This document shows, in pieces, positions 1-9,293 of a DNA stretch of 32,849 nucleotides. Position numbers and translations under genes: made by a program. How positions within the stretch are numbered: the first letter of the stretch is position 1; the number at the start of each line of letters is the position of its first letter. The notes below the pieces were generated by a model. That model was not told the DNA's origin, ran no database searches, and saw only the letters and a program-made list of their open reading frames with translations. This DNA is from Frankiaceae bacterium (GTDB taxonomy: Bacteria > Actinomycetota > Actinomycetes > JAFAQI01): NCBI GenBank assembly GCA_030840545.1, contig JAVEEH010000001.1, forward strand, positions 1 to 32,849. Reading direction: 5' to 3'.

Positions 1-1396
1 ACAGGATGCGTCCGCTGGCCGGGGCCGCGAGGTTGTAGGCACGGCCGAGGCGGGTGATGGAGTCGAGCAGGACGACGACGTCGTGCCCCAGCTCGACCAG
101 ACGCTTGGCCCGTTCGATCGACAGCTCGGCGACCGTCGTGTGATCGTCGGCCGGCCGGTCGAACGTCGAGGCGATGACCTCACCCTTGACCGACCTCTGC
201 ATGTCGGTGACTTCTTCGGGGCGCTCGTCGACGAGCACGACCATGAGGTGCACTTCGGGGTTGTTGGTGGTGATGGCGTTGGCGATCGCCTGCAGGACCA
301 TCGTCTTGCCGGCCTTCGGCGGCGAGACGATGAGTCCACGCTGGCCTTTGCCGAGCGGCGCGACGAGGTCGATCACCCGGGTGGTCAGGATGTTGTGCTC
401 GGTCTCGAGCCGCAGCCGGTCCTGCGGATAGAGCGGCGTGAGCTTGTTGAAGTCGGGACGGTTGCGCATCTTCTCGGGCTCGACGCCGTTGACCGTGTCG
501 AGGCGGACCAGCGCGTTGAACTTCTCGCGCCGTTCCCCTTCCCGCGGCTGGCGCACGGCCCCGGTGACCGCATCGCCCTTGCGCAGGCCGTTGCGTCGCA
601 CCTGGGCGAGAGAGACGTAGACATCGTTGGAGCTCGGGAGGTAGCCGGCGGTGCGGACGAAGGCGTAGTTGTCGAGGATGTCGACGATGCCGGCAACGGG
701 GACGAGCACGTCGTCCTCGGAGATGACCGGCTCGGCCTCGTTGGGTCCGAACCGCTCACGCTGTCCGCCGCGACCGCGGTTGCGCTCGCGGAAACGACCG
801 CGACGCCGGTTGCCCCTGCTGTCGAACTCGTCGTCGCCACCCGGGCCCGGACCGGCGCCCTGTTGGCCGGCCGGGCGGTCGCCTTGGTTCTGCTGACGCT
901 GGCCGCCCTGACGGTCGCCCTGTTGGCCGGGCTGGCGGTCGCCCTGACCCTGCTGACGCTGGCCGCCCTGGTTGCTGGTGCGATCAGCCTGCTGGGCACC
1001 CTGGCGGTCGCCCGAGCCACCGCGGTCGCGGTTCTGCTGGCGTTCGCCGTCGCGCTGACGCGGGCGGTCTTGGCGGGGCATCGTCGAGTCGGCGGTCGCC
1101 TGCTCGGCCGGAGCCGTGCTGCCGTTACTGGGCTGACGGGTCGACGTCGCGGTTGCGCCGCTGCCACCGGTCTGCTGCGCCTGGATGGCGGCGATGAGCT
1201 CGCCCTTGCGCATCTTGGCGGTGCCGGCTATCCCGAGGTCACCCGCCAGCTGCTGCAGCTCAGGCAGCAGCTTGCCGGCGAGGCCTCCGCCGCCGCGCCG
1301 CCGGGTCGCGCCGCCCGTGCTCCCGTTCGAGGAGGCGGGGGCGTCGGCCGTCGCAGTCGCGGCGTTGCCCTCGGAGAGGTTGGTGCTGTCGCTCAC
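1..1396 (-). CDS. rho: Transcription termination factor Rho, N-terminal ~465 codons; the 3' end of the gene lies beyond the left window edge
   Basis: Absent from the ORF track because it is open at the edge. Reverse-strand translation from GTG at 1396 gives VSDSTNLSEG...LLPELQQLAGDLGIAGTAKMRKGELIAAIQ (Rho N-terminal domain). This is followed by a Q/G/R/D-rich insertion, then VAGIVDILDNYAFVRTAGYLPSSNDVYVSLAQVRRNGLRKGD (CSD-like RNA-binding domain), LVAPLGKGQRGLIVSPPKAGKT (Walker A) and VVLLDSITRLGRAYN. A GAAGGA Shine-Dalgarno-like motif sits about 7 nt upstream. The 438-aa plus-strand ORF 83..1399 is its antisense shadow. Confidence 0.93.
   Translation of the reverse strand, partial: MSDSTNLSEGNAATATADAPASSNGSTGGATRRRGGGGLAGKLLPELQQLAGDLGIAGTAKMRKGELIAAIQAQQTGGSGATATSTRQPSNGSTAPAEQATADSTMPRQDRPRQRDGERQQNRDRGGSGDRQGAQQADRTSNQGGQRQQGQGDRQPGQQGDRQGGQRQQNQGDRPAGQQGAGPGPGGDDEFDSRGNRRRGRFRERNRGRGGQRERFGPNEAEPVISEDDVLVPVAGIVDILDNYAFVRTAGYLPSSNDVYVSLAQVRRNGLRKGDAVTGAVRQPREGERREKFNALVRLDTVNGVEPEKMRNRPDFNKLTPLYPQDRLRLETEHNILTTRVIDLVAPLGKGQRGLIVSPPKAGKTMVLQAIANAITTNNPEVHLMVVLVDERPEEVTDMQRSVKGEVIASTFDRPADDHTTVAELSIERAKRLVELGHDVVVLLDSITRLGRAYNLAAPASGRIL
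851..970 (-). repeat. Two tandem 60-bp copies inside the rho insertion domain. They encode the 20-aa units QGGQRQQGQGDRQPGQQGDR and QGGQRQQNQGDRPAGQQGAG.
   Basis: Three exact matches recur at a 60-nt offset: ctgctgacgctggccgccctg at 890-910 and 950-970; cgccctgttggccgg at 856-870 and 916-930; ggcggtcgcc at 874-883 and 934-943. Confidence 0.85.
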
Positions 1397-1684
1397 TAAG
1401 GGTCCTTCCCTGGAGCGGTCCGCCGGCCCGAACGGCACGGCGTCCCTTGGAGATGTGGCCGGCTGTGCCGGCCCGCCCGATCTCTCGCGAGCCGGGACGT
1501 CTGTGGATCCGGATTCCGGGCGGGCTGCGAACCTCGAGGGAGGTCGCGCACGCGGCCTGGAGATTTCCGGGAGTTGCGACCCGCCCCTGGCCGGGGCAGC
1601 TGGCGTCGCTGAGGCACAGCGTAGTCAACGCGTGCACTCTGGGCAACAACCGCCGCTCCTGGGGCATTCCCGCGGCGTGTCCGC
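1397..1684 (-). promoter_or_regulatory. 288-nt non-coding spacer between the thrB stop and the rho start; presumed rho promoter and long 5' leader
   Basis: No convincing ORF in the correct orientation. Contains GC-rich hairpins, e.g. GGCCGGC-TGT-GCCGGCC at 1457-1473 and GCCCC-TGGCC-GGGGC near 1583-1597. Neither is followed by a U tract on the minus strand. Confidence 0.4.
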
Positions 1685-2602
1685 CTACAACGGGATGACG
1701 ACCGCGCCGTCCCGATCGACATCCAGGGGCAGAGCCGACCACCCACGGCGTTGATGGCTCATGGCAGCCTCGCGCGACGCTGCGGTGGTCAGGGCCAGAA
1801 CCGTAGGCCCGGCACCGGAGACCACAGCGGCGAACCCGGCCGCACGCAGGTCGGCGACCAGAGCGGCCGTCCGCGGCATGGCAGCAGCGCGGAACGGCTG
1901 GTGCAACCGGTCCTCGGTCGCCGCGAGTAGGAGCTCCGGGCGGCGGCGCAGCGACTCGACGAGCAACGCCGACCGGGCAGCCGCGTGCACCGCGTCGCTG
2001 TGCGGGATCGTCTCGGGCAACAGCTTGCGCGTCGCCTTGGTCGACGACGACGCCCCCGGCACGAAGACGACGGGGGTGAGCACCTCGGCAACGTCAAGGT
2101 CGACGGCGTGGACGCCGACGGAGTCGGTCCAGGACAGCGTGAGACCGCCGCGCAGACACGCTGCGACGTTGTCAGGATGGCCCTCGAGCTCGCTCCCGAG
2201 CGCGAACAGGTCGTCGTCACCCATCCGCTCCGCTCCGCCGACGACGAGTGCGCGGGCGGCGACGAGGCCGGCCACGATCGCTGCAGCGGATGAGCCGAGT
2301 CCGCGACCGTGCGGGATGCGGTTGGCACACACGACTTCGAGACCGCGCGGCCGGCCGCCGAGCCGGTCGAACGCAAGGCGCATCGCGCGCACGACCAGGT
2401 TGCGGGCATTGCGCGCGACGGTTGCCGCCCCCATGCCGGCGACGTCGACGGACAGACCCGAGTCGGTGACCCGCACGACGATGTCGTCGTAGAGCGACAG
2501 CGCGAGTCCCAGTGCATCGAAGCCCGGACCCAGGTTTGCACTGGTGGCGGGGACGCGAACACGCACCGGGGCAGCACGGAACGTCGGCTTCACCTTGGCC
2601 AT
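1685..2602 (-). CDS. thrB: Homoserine kinase
   Basis: MAKVKPTFRAAPVRVRVPATSANLGPGFDALGLAL... and NRIPHGRGLGSSAAAIVAG (GHMP kinase motif). ATG at 2602 lies 4 nt after the thrC stop. The longer track ORF reaching 2797 would overlap thrC and adds an R/S/P-rich non-homologous extension. Confidence 0.9.
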   Translation of the reverse strand: MAKVKPTFRAAPVRVRVPATSANLGPGFDALGLALSLYDDIVVRVTDSGLSVDVAGMGAATVARNARNLVVRAMRLAFDRLGGRPRGLEVVCANRIPHGRGLGSSAAAIVAGLVAARALVVGGAERMGDDDLFALGSELEGHPDNVAACLRGGLTLSWTDSVGVHAVDLDVAEVLTPVVFVPGASSSTKATRKLLPETIPHSDAVHAAARSALLVESLRRRPELLLAATEDRLHQPFRAAAMPRTAALVADLRAAGFAAVVSGAGPTVLALTTAASREAAMSHQRRGWSALPLDVDRDGAVVIPL

Positions 2603-2606
2603 TGCG

Positions 2607-3668
2607 TCAGCCGCGCAGCCCGAGCGCGTCGGCGGCCACGTGGACGTCGGCAGCGATCGTGATGGGTGCCGGCGCCCCGGAGATGGCCCAGTCGGGGTCC
2701 TTGAGCCCGTTGCCCGTGACTGTGCACACGATGCGTGCGGCTTTCGGAAGGCTGCCGGCATGGTGTGCCTGGATGAGCCCAGCGATGCCGGCCGCACTTG
2801 CCGGCTCGACGAACACGCCTTCTTCGCGCGCGAGCAGCCGGTAGGCCTCGAGGATCTGCTTGTCGGTCACCGACTCGATCGCTCCACCGGACTCGTCGCG
2901 GGCGGCGAGCGCCTGCTTCCACGATGCCGGGTTGCCAATGCGGATCGCGGTGGCGATCGTGGACGGCTTGGCAACCGGGAGTCCGGTAACGATCGGCGCG
3001 GCGCCGGCGGCCTGGAAGCCGCGCATGATCGGTCGGGTGGACACCACACCGTCGGCGGCGTACTCGACGTAACCCTTCCAGTAGGCCGTGATGTTGCCGG
3101 CGTTGCCGACCGGCAGGCAGTGCACGTCGGGAGCCTCGCCGAGCTCGTCACAGATCTCGAACGCTGCCGTCTTCTGGCCCTCGATGCGGAAGGCGTTGAC
3201 GGAGTTGACCAGCGAGACCGGATAGTCGTCGGCGAGGTCGCGAGCAAGGGTGAGGCAGTCGTCGAAGTTGCCATCGACCTGGAGCAGCTTCGCACCGTGC
3301 ACGAGCGCCTGCGCCATCTTGCCGAGCGCGATCTTGCCGGTGGGCACGAGGACCGCGCAGATCATGCCCGCGCGCACGGCGTAGGCCGCTGCACTCGCCG
3401 AGGTGTTGCCCGTCGACGCGCAGATGACGGCGCGGGCGCCCTCCTCGGCGGCCTTGGAGATCGCCAGGGTCATGCCGCGGTCCTTGAACGAACCGGTCGG
3501 GTTGGCGCCCTCGACCTTGAGGAAGACGTCGCAGCCCGTGAGTGCCGACAGTCGCGGAGCGGCGACCAGCGGTGTGCCGCCCTCGCGGAGCGAGACGACC
3601 GGGGTGGAGGCACTGACCGGCAGACGCTCCCGATACTCCTCGATCACACCTCGCCAGAGCCTGCTCAT
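2607..3668 (-). CDS. thrC: Threonine synthase (PLP-dependent)
   Basis: 353 aa. Contains [19 protein letters not shown] (PLP-lysine motif) and [19 protein letters not shown] start/stop overlap with hom at 3665-3668. Confidence 0.95.
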   Translation of the reverse strand: MSRLWRGVIEEYRERLPVSASTPVVSLREGGTPLVAAPRLSALTGCDVFLKVEGANPTGSFKDRGMTLAISKAAEEGARAVICASTGNTSASAAAYAVRAGMICAVLVPTGKIALGKMAQALVHGAKLLQVDGNFDDCLTLARDLADDYPVSLVNSVNAFRIEGQKTAAFEICDELGEAPDVHCLPVGNAGNITAYWKGYVEYAADGVVSTRPIMRGFQAAGAAPIVTGLPVAKPSTIATAIRIGNPASWKQALAARDESGGAIESVTDKQILEAYRLLAREEGVFVEPASAAGIAGLIQAHHAGSLPKAARIVCTVTGNGLKDPDWAISGAPAPITIAADVHVAADALGLRG

Positions 3669-4969
3669 CCGACGCCTCCCTCGACGCGCATCACGCTGGC
3701 AACGGCACGTACGGCGTCCATCCTCCGCAGCTCCTCCACCGTGGCCGACAGGGCTGCGTCGCTCGCGGTGTGGGTCACGAGAACGAGCGTCGCGTCGTCG
3801 CCATGCCCTTCTTGTCGGACGGTCTGGATCGACACGTCCTGCGCGGAGAACGCCTGCGCCACACTCGCGAGCACACCCGCTTTGTCGGCGACGTCGAGGC
3901 TCACGTGATAGCGCGTCGACGTCTCCCCCATCGGCCGGACCGGCAGGTCGGCGTAAGCCGACTCTCCCATCCCGCGCGCACCGGTGAGGCGGTTGCGGGC
4001 GACGGCCACCAGGTCGCCGAGCACCGCGCTCGCGGTCGGCGCGCCACCGGCTCCGCGGCCGTAGAACATCAGCTGGCCCGCGGCCTCGGCCTCGACGAAC
4101 ACCGCGTTGTAGGCGTCGCCGACGCTTGCCAGCGGATGGCTGCGCGGAATCATCGCCGGGTGCACGCGGACTCCGACGGAGTCGCGTCCGCTGCGATCCG
4201 GTCCGCGCTCGGCGATCGCGAGCAGCTTGACGATCGCACCCATCTCGCGCGCGCTCGCCACATCGCCGGCAGTCACGTCGCTGATGCCCTCGCGGTGGAC
4301 GTCGGCAGCCGTCACCCGTGTGTGGAACGCGAGACCGGCCAGGATCGCGGCCTTCGCCGCCGCGTCGAAGCCATCCACGTCGGCGGACGGGTCGGCCTCG
4401 GCGTAGCCGAGCGCCTGGGCCTCCTCCAATGCCTCCTCGAACCCGGCTCCGCTCTCGTGCATGCGGGAGAGGATGTAGTTGGTCGTGCCGTTGACGATTC
4501 CCATCACGCGGGTCACCCGGTCGCCGGCGAGCGACTCGCGCAACGGTCGCAGCAACGGGATGGCGCCGCCGACACTCGCCTCGCAGTAGAGATCCGCCCC
4601 GCCCCGGCGGGCGGCGTCGTAGAGCGTCGCACCGTCCTCGGCGAGCAGCGCCTTGTTGGCGGTGACAACACTCGCGCCGCGCTCGAGCGCGGTCAACAGC
4701 AACGAGCGGGCCGGCTCGATGCCACCGATCACCTCGACCACGATGTCGATGTCGTGACGGGCCGCGAGCCCTGGCGCGTCAGCGGTGAACAGCGCCACGT
4801 CGATCGGGAGGTCGCGGTCGCGTTGCGGACGGCGTACGGCGACGCCCGCGAGCTCGAGCGGCGCACCGACGCGCTGCGCGAGGTCGTCCCGGTGCGCATG
4901 GAGCAGGCGCACGACCTCGCTGCCGACGACACCGCAACCGAGCAGCGCAACGCGCAGCGGCGTCGTCAT
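3665..4969 (-). CDS. hom: Homoserine dehydrogenase with C-terminal ACT domain
   Basis: 434 aa. Contains [23 protein letters not shown] (NAD-binding fold), [21 protein letters not shown] and an ACT-like tail. ATGA overlap with the lysA stop at 4966-4969. Confidence 0.95.
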   Translation of the reverse strand: MTTPLRVALLGCGVVGSEVVRLLHAHRDDLAQRVGAPLELAGVAVRRPQRDRDLPIDVALFTADAPGLAARHDIDIVVEVIGGIEPARSLLLTALERGASVVTANKALLAEDGATLYDAARRGGADLYCEASVGGAIPLLRPLRESLAGDRVTRVMGIVNGTTNYILSRMHESGAGFEEALEEAQALGYAEADPSADVDGFDAAAKAAILAGLAFHTRVTAADVHREGISDVTAGDVASAREMGAIVKLLAIAERGPDRSGRDSVGVRVHPAMIPRSHPLASVGDAYNAVFVEAEAAGQLMFYGRGAGGAPTASAVLGDLVAVARNRLTGARGMGESAYADLPVRPMGETSTRYHVSLDVADKAGVLASVAQAFSAQDVSIQTVRQEGHGDDATLVLVTHTASDAALSATVEELRRMDAVRAVASVMRVEGGVG

Positions 4970-6351
4970 CCCTGATCCAGGGCGAGCAGGTCGTCCAAGG
5001 TCTCCCGGCGCAGCAGCACCCGGGACGCGCCATCCTTGACCGCGACGACGGGCGGACGGGCGACGCTGTTGTAGTTGCTCGCCATCGACCGGCAGTAGGC
5101 GCCGGTGGCGGCCACCGCGAGCAGGTCACCCGGGGCGAGGTCGCTCGGCAGCCACCCGTCACGGACGACGATGTCGCCGGCTTCGCAGTGCTTGCCGACG
5201 ACCCGGACCAGCATCGGTGGCGCGTCGCTGGCCCGCGACGCCAGTGCAACGGTGTAGCTCGCGTCGTAGAGCGCCGTGCGGATGTTGTCGCTCATGCCGC
5301 CGTCGACACTGACATAGGTGCGAATGCCGTCGACGTCTTTCAGCGTGCCGACCTCATAGACGGTGACGGTGCCCGGCCCGGCGATGGCGCGACCCGGCTC
5401 CACCGCGAGGCGCGGCAGCGGGAGGGAGGCGGCTGCACACTCGCGGTCGACAATGGCGCGCAGCTGCTTGGCGAGATCGGCGGGATCGGCCGGATCGTCG
5501 TCGGAGACGTAGGCGATGCCGAACCCGCCGCCGAGGTTGAGCTCCGGCAACGTGACGCCGAGTGCGTCGCGGATGCTCGCGAGCAGGCCGACCACGCGGT
5601 GCGCGGACACGTCGAACCCGGCGGTGTCGAAGATCTGCGAGCCGATGTGACTGTGCAGGCCGACGAGCTCCAGGGACGGCAGCCGCAGCACCCGTCGCGC
5701 CGCCTCGAGCGCGGCGCCGCTCGCCAGCGAGAACCCGAACTTCTGGTCCTCGTGGGCCGTCGCGATGAACTCGTGGGTGTGCGCCTCGACACCCACCGTG
5801 ACGCGGACGAGGACCTTCTGCCGCACACCGGCGCGATCCGCAGCGTGGGCGAGGCGCGCGATCTCGATGTCACTGTCGAGGACGACCCGCCCGACACCCG
5901 CGTCGATCGCCTGCTGCAGCTCAGCCGGCGACTTGTTGTTGCCGTGCACGAGGATGCGCTCAGGCGGGAAGCCCGCCGCCAGGGCGATCTGGAGCTCGCC
6001 CCCGGTTGACACGTCGAGGGACAGTCCCTCCTCCTCGATCCACGCCACCACCGCGCGGGACAGGAACGCCTTGCCGGCGTAGTAGATGTCGGCGTCGGCA
6101 CCGAAGGCGTCGCGATGAGCGCGGCAGCGGGCGCGGAAGTCGGCCTCGGCGAGGAAGAAGGCCGGGGTGCCGTGCTCGGCGGCCAGGTCGCGGACGTCGG
6201 CACCACCGAGCCACATGACGCCGTCGCGACGCTCGGTGCCGATCGGCCACACCCGCGGGTCGAGGGCGGCCAGGTCGGCGGGCGCCGGCGCCAGCTGGTG
6301 CGACAGCGGCGCGACGTCGCCGTGCAGCGCCCCGGCCGGATGCGCCCTCAT
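4966..6351 (-). CDS. lysA: Diaminopimelate decarboxylase
   Basis: Contains YYAGKAFL (PLP Lys region), [24 protein letters not shown] and CESGD-like CEAGD. I prefer ATG 6351 (MRAHPAG...) because the maximal ORF start at 6384 overlaps the argS stop at 6359. Confidence 0.92.
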   Translation of the reverse strand: MRAHPAGALHGDVAPLSHQLAPAPADLAALDPRVWPIGTERRDGVMWLGGADVRDLAAEHGTPAFFLAEADFRARCRAHRDAFGADADIYYAGKAFLSRAVVAWIEEEGLSLDVSTGGELQIALAAGFPPERILVHGNNKSPAELQQAIDAGVGRVVLDSDIEIARLAHAADRAGVRQKVLVRVTVGVEAHTHEFIATAHEDQKFGFSLASGAALEAARRVLRLPSLELVGLHSHIGSQIFDTAGFDVSAHRVVGLLASIRDALGVTLPELNLGGGFGIAYVSDDDPADPADLAKQLRAIVDRECAAASLPLPRLAVEPGRAIAGPGTVTVYEVGTLKDVDGIRTYVSVDGGMSDNIRTALYDASYTVALASRASDAPPMLVRVVGKHCEAGDIVVRDGWLPSDLAPGDLLAVAATGAYCRSMASNYNSVARPPVVAVKDGASRVLLRRETLDDLLALDQG

Positions 6352-6358
6352 CGGGCGT

Positions 6359-8014
6359 TCACATCCGCTCCGGCGCGCTGACACCGAGCAGATGCAGACC
6401 GTTGGCGAGGACGATGCGCGTCGCCTCGACGAGCCACAGCCGGGCCTGGGTCAGGTCGGTGGCGGCCTCGTCGCCGATCGGCAGCACCCGACAGGCGTCG
6501 TAGAAGCGGTGGTAGGTGCCGGCCAGCGACTCGAGGTAGCGCGCGACCCGGTGCGGCTCCCTCAGCTCGGCCGCGCCTGCAACGATCCGGGGGAACTCGC
6601 CGAGCGCGCCGAGGAGGTCGCTCTCACGCTCGTCGGCCAGCAGCGACGGGTCGAGGTCGTCCCCGCGGGCGATGCCGAGATCAGCGGCGTTGCGCAGCAA
6701 CGACGCGATCCGGGCGTGCGCGTACTGCACGTAGAACACGGGGTTGTCATTGGTCTTGCGGGTGACCAGGTCGATGTCGAGCGTCATCGGCGAGTCGGCC
6801 GGATAGCGCGCCAGCGTGTAGCGAGCGGCGTCGACACCGACCGCCTCGACGAGCTCTTCGAGAGTGACGATCGTCCCGGCCCGCTTCGACAGCCGCACCT
6901 CCTCGCCGGCCCGGACGAGCTTCACCAGCTGGCCGATGAGGACCTCGATGTTGACATCGGGGTCGTCGCCGGCGCACGCCGCGATCGTCTTCAGCCGGCC
7001 GACGTAGCCGTGGTGGTCGGCCCCGAGCATGTAGACGCAGCGGTTGAAGCCGCGCTCACGCTTGTTGATGTAGTAAGCCGCGTCCGCGGCGAAGTAGGTC
7101 GTCTCGCCGTTGCTGCGGACGAGGACGCGGTCCTTGTCGTCACCGAAGTCCGTCGTACGCAGCCACACCGCCCCGTCGGACTCGTAGACGTGGCCTTGCG
7201 CGCGCAAGGCCTCCACTGCGTGCTCGATGGCGCCCGACTCGTGCAACGAGCGCTCCGAGAACCAGACGTCGAAGTCCACGCCGAAGCCCGCGAGCGACTC
7301 TTTCATCGCCTCGAGCATGAGCTCGAGACCCTGCTCGCGGAAAGCGATGAGCGCCTCGTCATCGGGCAGGTCGAGGATGCCCGGCGTCAGCTCCACGACC
7401 CGCGCCGCGACCTCGGCGATGTAGTCGCCGGCGTAACCGGACTCCGGCGTCGGCTCGCCGCGAGCAGCGGCAAGCAAGGACGCCCCGAAGTGCTGCATCT
7501 GGGCGCCCGCGTCGTTGACGTAGTGCTCGCTCGTGACATCGGCGCCGGCCGCCTGCAGCAGCCGCCGGAGCGCGTCACCGAGCGCCGCCCATCTGGTGTG
7601 GCCGAGGTGCACCGGCCCGGTCGGGTTGGCGGAGACGAACTCCAGGTTGATGCGCTCCTTGGCCAGCGTCTCGGTGCGGCCGTAGTCGTCGCCGGCGGCG
7701 ACGATGGTGCGGGCGAGCTCACCCTGGGCGGCCTGCGACAGCCGGATGTTGAGGAACCCCGGCCCGGCAACGTCGACGGAGTCGATCCCCGGCTGGTCGC
7801 GCAGCCGCGCCGCGATGATCTCGCCGACCTCGCGAGGTGCGCGTGCGGCCGGTTTGGCGAGCTGCAGTGCGACGTTGCTGGCGTAGTCGCCGTGCTCCCT
7901 GTTCTTCGGCCGCTCGAGCGTCACGGCGTCCGGCGCGTCGACGGGCAGCTCGCCGGCCGCTACCGCGGCGCGGATGGCAGCGACGACCGCGCTCGCGACG
8001 TCTGCGGGGGTCAC
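6359..8014 (-). CDS. argS: Arginine--tRNA ligase
   Basis: 551 aa with GTG start. Contains [16 protein letters not shown] (HIGH motif), LSKRAGT (KMSK-type motif) and the C-terminal anticodon-binding helix ending ...GVSAPERM. Confidence 0.95.
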   Translation of the reverse strand: MTPADVASAVVAAIRAAVAAGELPVDAPDAVTLERPKNREHGDYASNVALQLAKPAARAPREVGEIIAARLRDQPGIDSVDVAGPGFLNIRLSQAAQGELARTIVAAGDDYGRTETLAKERINLEFVSANPTGPVHLGHTRWAALGDALRRLLQAAGADVTSEHYVNDAGAQMQHFGASLLAAARGEPTPESGYAGDYIAEVAARVVELTPGILDLPDDEALIAFREQGLELMLEAMKESLAGFGVDFDVWFSERSLHESGAIEHAVEALRAQGHVYESDGAVWLRTTDFGDDKDRVLVRSNGETTYFAADAAYYINKRERGFNRCVYMLGADHHGYVGRLKTIAACAGDDPDVNIEVLIGQLVKLVRAGEEVRLSKRAGTIVTLEELVEAVGVDAARYTLARYPADSPMTLDIDLVTRKTNDNPVFYVQYAHARIASLLRNAADLGIARGDDLDPSLLADERESDLLGALGEFPRIVAGAAELREPHRVARYLESLAGTYHRFYDACRVLPIGDEAATDLTQARLWLVEATRIVLANGLHLLGVSAPERM

Positions 8015-8053
8015 GCGATCGAGGTTATCGCAGCGCGCAGTAGATGATCTTGG

Positions 8054-8737
8054 TCATAAACCGCTGGGGAACGCATAAGAAGAAGGTGGGGTCGGCAGGT
8101 GCCCGGTGGCGCCGTACTCGACGGCGATCTCCTGGTGGGCCGCCAGGACGAGCCTGGTCGGGTCACCGGTGTAGGGCTTGCCGTTCACGAAGACCGCGAG
8201 CTGTTTGCCGTGACCGGTGCAGTAGGGACCGAGGCAGGTCGGGGTGAACTTCACCCCCCACTCGACGAAGAACTGCCCCAGCACGAACGTCGCCGGCACG
8301 CTGTTCTCGATGTGGATGATGCCGCTGCCGTCGTGCGTGTGCAGCGGCGCCAGTCCGGTCGCAGACTGGCCCTTCACCACCCAGCCGAGGAACGGCTGCA
8401 CCGTCACGGCCTTGCCGTCGACCTCGATGTCGAGATGCGCGTGGTAGTGGACCTGCAACATCTCGGCGGCAGAGCTGAAACCGGCCGCGGCCACATAAGC
8501 CGCGCTGTCCGCGCCGTTGTTGATGGCGGCCGGCGGCAGCCACGGCGGCGGTTGGGTCGTGAGCGGGACCGGGATCGCGGGCAAGGTGGCCGGCGGCGTG
8601 CGATAGGTGACCGGCGCCGTAGCGCTGGCGGTCCCACTCGGGGTGACGTGGCCACCGCCACTGCCACCGCCGCTGCAGCCGGCGACGACCACGACGAGCA
8701 GTCCGGCGAGGACCCCCGCCCGTCGCCGTCGCGGCAT
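8054..8737 (-). CDS. Secreted lipoprotein of unknown function with histidine-rich HYHAHL...LHTHDGSGIIHIE motifs
   Basis: MPRRRRAGVLAGLLVVVVAGCSGGG carries a signal peptide and a VAGC lipobox. The ATG at 8737 shares one nucleotide with the TGA of the upstream response regulator (TGATG). The track ORF extended to 8941 overlaps that regulator. Confidence 0.75.
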   Translation of the reverse strand: MPRRRRAGVLAGLLVVVVAGCSGGGSGGGHVTPSGTASATAPVTYRTPPATLPAIPVPLTTQPPPWLPPAAINNGADSAAYVAAAGFSSAAEMLQVHYHAHLDIEVDGKAVTVQPFLGWVVKGQSATGLAPLHTHDGSGIIHIENSVPATFVLGQFFVEWGVKFTPTCLGPYCTGHGKQLAVFVNGKPYTGDPTRLVLAAHQEIAVEYGATGHLPTPPSSYAFPSGL

Positions 8738-9129
8738 CAAGCCGACTCGTTGAGCGCGGCCTCGAACAACCGGCGCACCATGTCGATCAGCTCGTCCGGG
8801 TCGAAAGGCTTGGTGAGGTAGGCGTCCACACCGATGCGTTCCCCCCGCTGGATGTCGGCCTCCTGCGCCCGCGCGGAGAGCAGGATCACCTTGACGTGGG
8901 CGGTCTCCGGGTCTGCTCGCAGCCGGGCGGCCGCCTCCCACCCATCGATGCGCGGCATCATCACGTCGAGGGTGACGACGTGCGGTCGGGCGTCCTTCAC
9001 CTTGTCGAGCGCGTCCTGGCCGTCGACGGCAGTGATCACGTCAAAGCCCTCGAGCTCGAGGTTGACCGTGATCAGCTGACGAATGACGTCGTCGTCATCG
9101 ACGACGAGAACGCGCCCCGGACCGGCCAC
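8737..9129 (-). CDS. Stand-alone CheY-like receiver-domain response regulator with no output domain
   Basis: 130 aa. Contains VLVVDDDD (acidic pocket), LDVMMPRIDG (phospho-acceptor Asp) and YLTKPF (conserved Lys). GTG start with no Shine-Dalgarno motif. A TAACCT -10-like hexamer ends 6 nt upstream, consistent with a leaderless mRNA. Confidence 0.85.
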   Translation of the reverse strand: MAGPGRVLVVDDDDVIRQLITVNLELEGFDVITAVDGQDALDKVKDARPHVVTLDVMMPRIDGWEAAARLRADPETAHVKVILLSARAQEADIQRGERIGVDAYLTKPFDPDELIDMVRRLFEAALNESA

Positions 9130-9202
9130 GTCAGGAGGTTACCTGCGCGATCTCGCCGGACGATCATCAGCGACGCTGACTGCTAACCTCGGGCTCACCC
9201 CG

Positions 9203-9274
9203 GCCCCCGTAGCTCAGGGGATAGAGCACCGCCCTCCGGAGGCGGTGGCGCAGGTTCGAATCCTGCCGGGGGCA
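9203..9274 (+). tRNA. tRNA-Arg (anticodon CCG)
   Basis: Hand-folded cloverleaf: acceptor GCCCCCG/CGGGGGC, D arm GCTC-AGGGGATA-GAGC, anticodon arm CCGCC-CTCCGGA-GGCGG (anticodon CCG), 4-nt variable loop, T arm GCAGG-TTCGAAT-CCTGC, discriminator A. CCA is not encoded. Confidence 0.9.
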
Positions 9275-9293
9275 CCGACCAAGGAGCGGATGA

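Noticed and set aside
83-1399. 438-aa plus-strand ORF, plus the 260-aa minus-strand ORF 385..1167
   Set aside because: The first is the antisense shadow of rho. The second is an out-of-frame R/S/T/A-rich reading of the rho insertion. The rho frame carries unambiguous Rho motifs, while these translations are low-complexity Arg/Ala/Gly strings typical of non-coding frames in high-GC DNA.
2603-2797. N-terminal extensions of track ORFs: thrB to 2797, lipoprotein to 8941, FAD oxidoreductase from 11466, DUF1365 from 12380, CFA synthase from 13006, DUF1295 from 14306, hydrolase to 16383
   Set aside because: Each extension overlaps the preceding gene in another frame and encodes R/P/S-rich non-homologous sequence. 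Internal starts give canonical N-termini and 4-nt ATGA/GTGA couplings or short gaps.
6167-8047. 626-aa plus-strand ORF
   Set aside because: Antisense shadow of argS, which has HIGH and KMSK-type motifs on the minus strand. The translation is rich in R, V, G and D and has no family signature.
9133-9186. Perfect AGGAGG on the plus strand, suggesting a small upstream ORF before the tRNA
   Set aside because: No start codon sits at a suitable distance. The only open frame is the tail of a shadow ORF (8896..9186). The motif is better explained as the complement of the regulator's -10 region.
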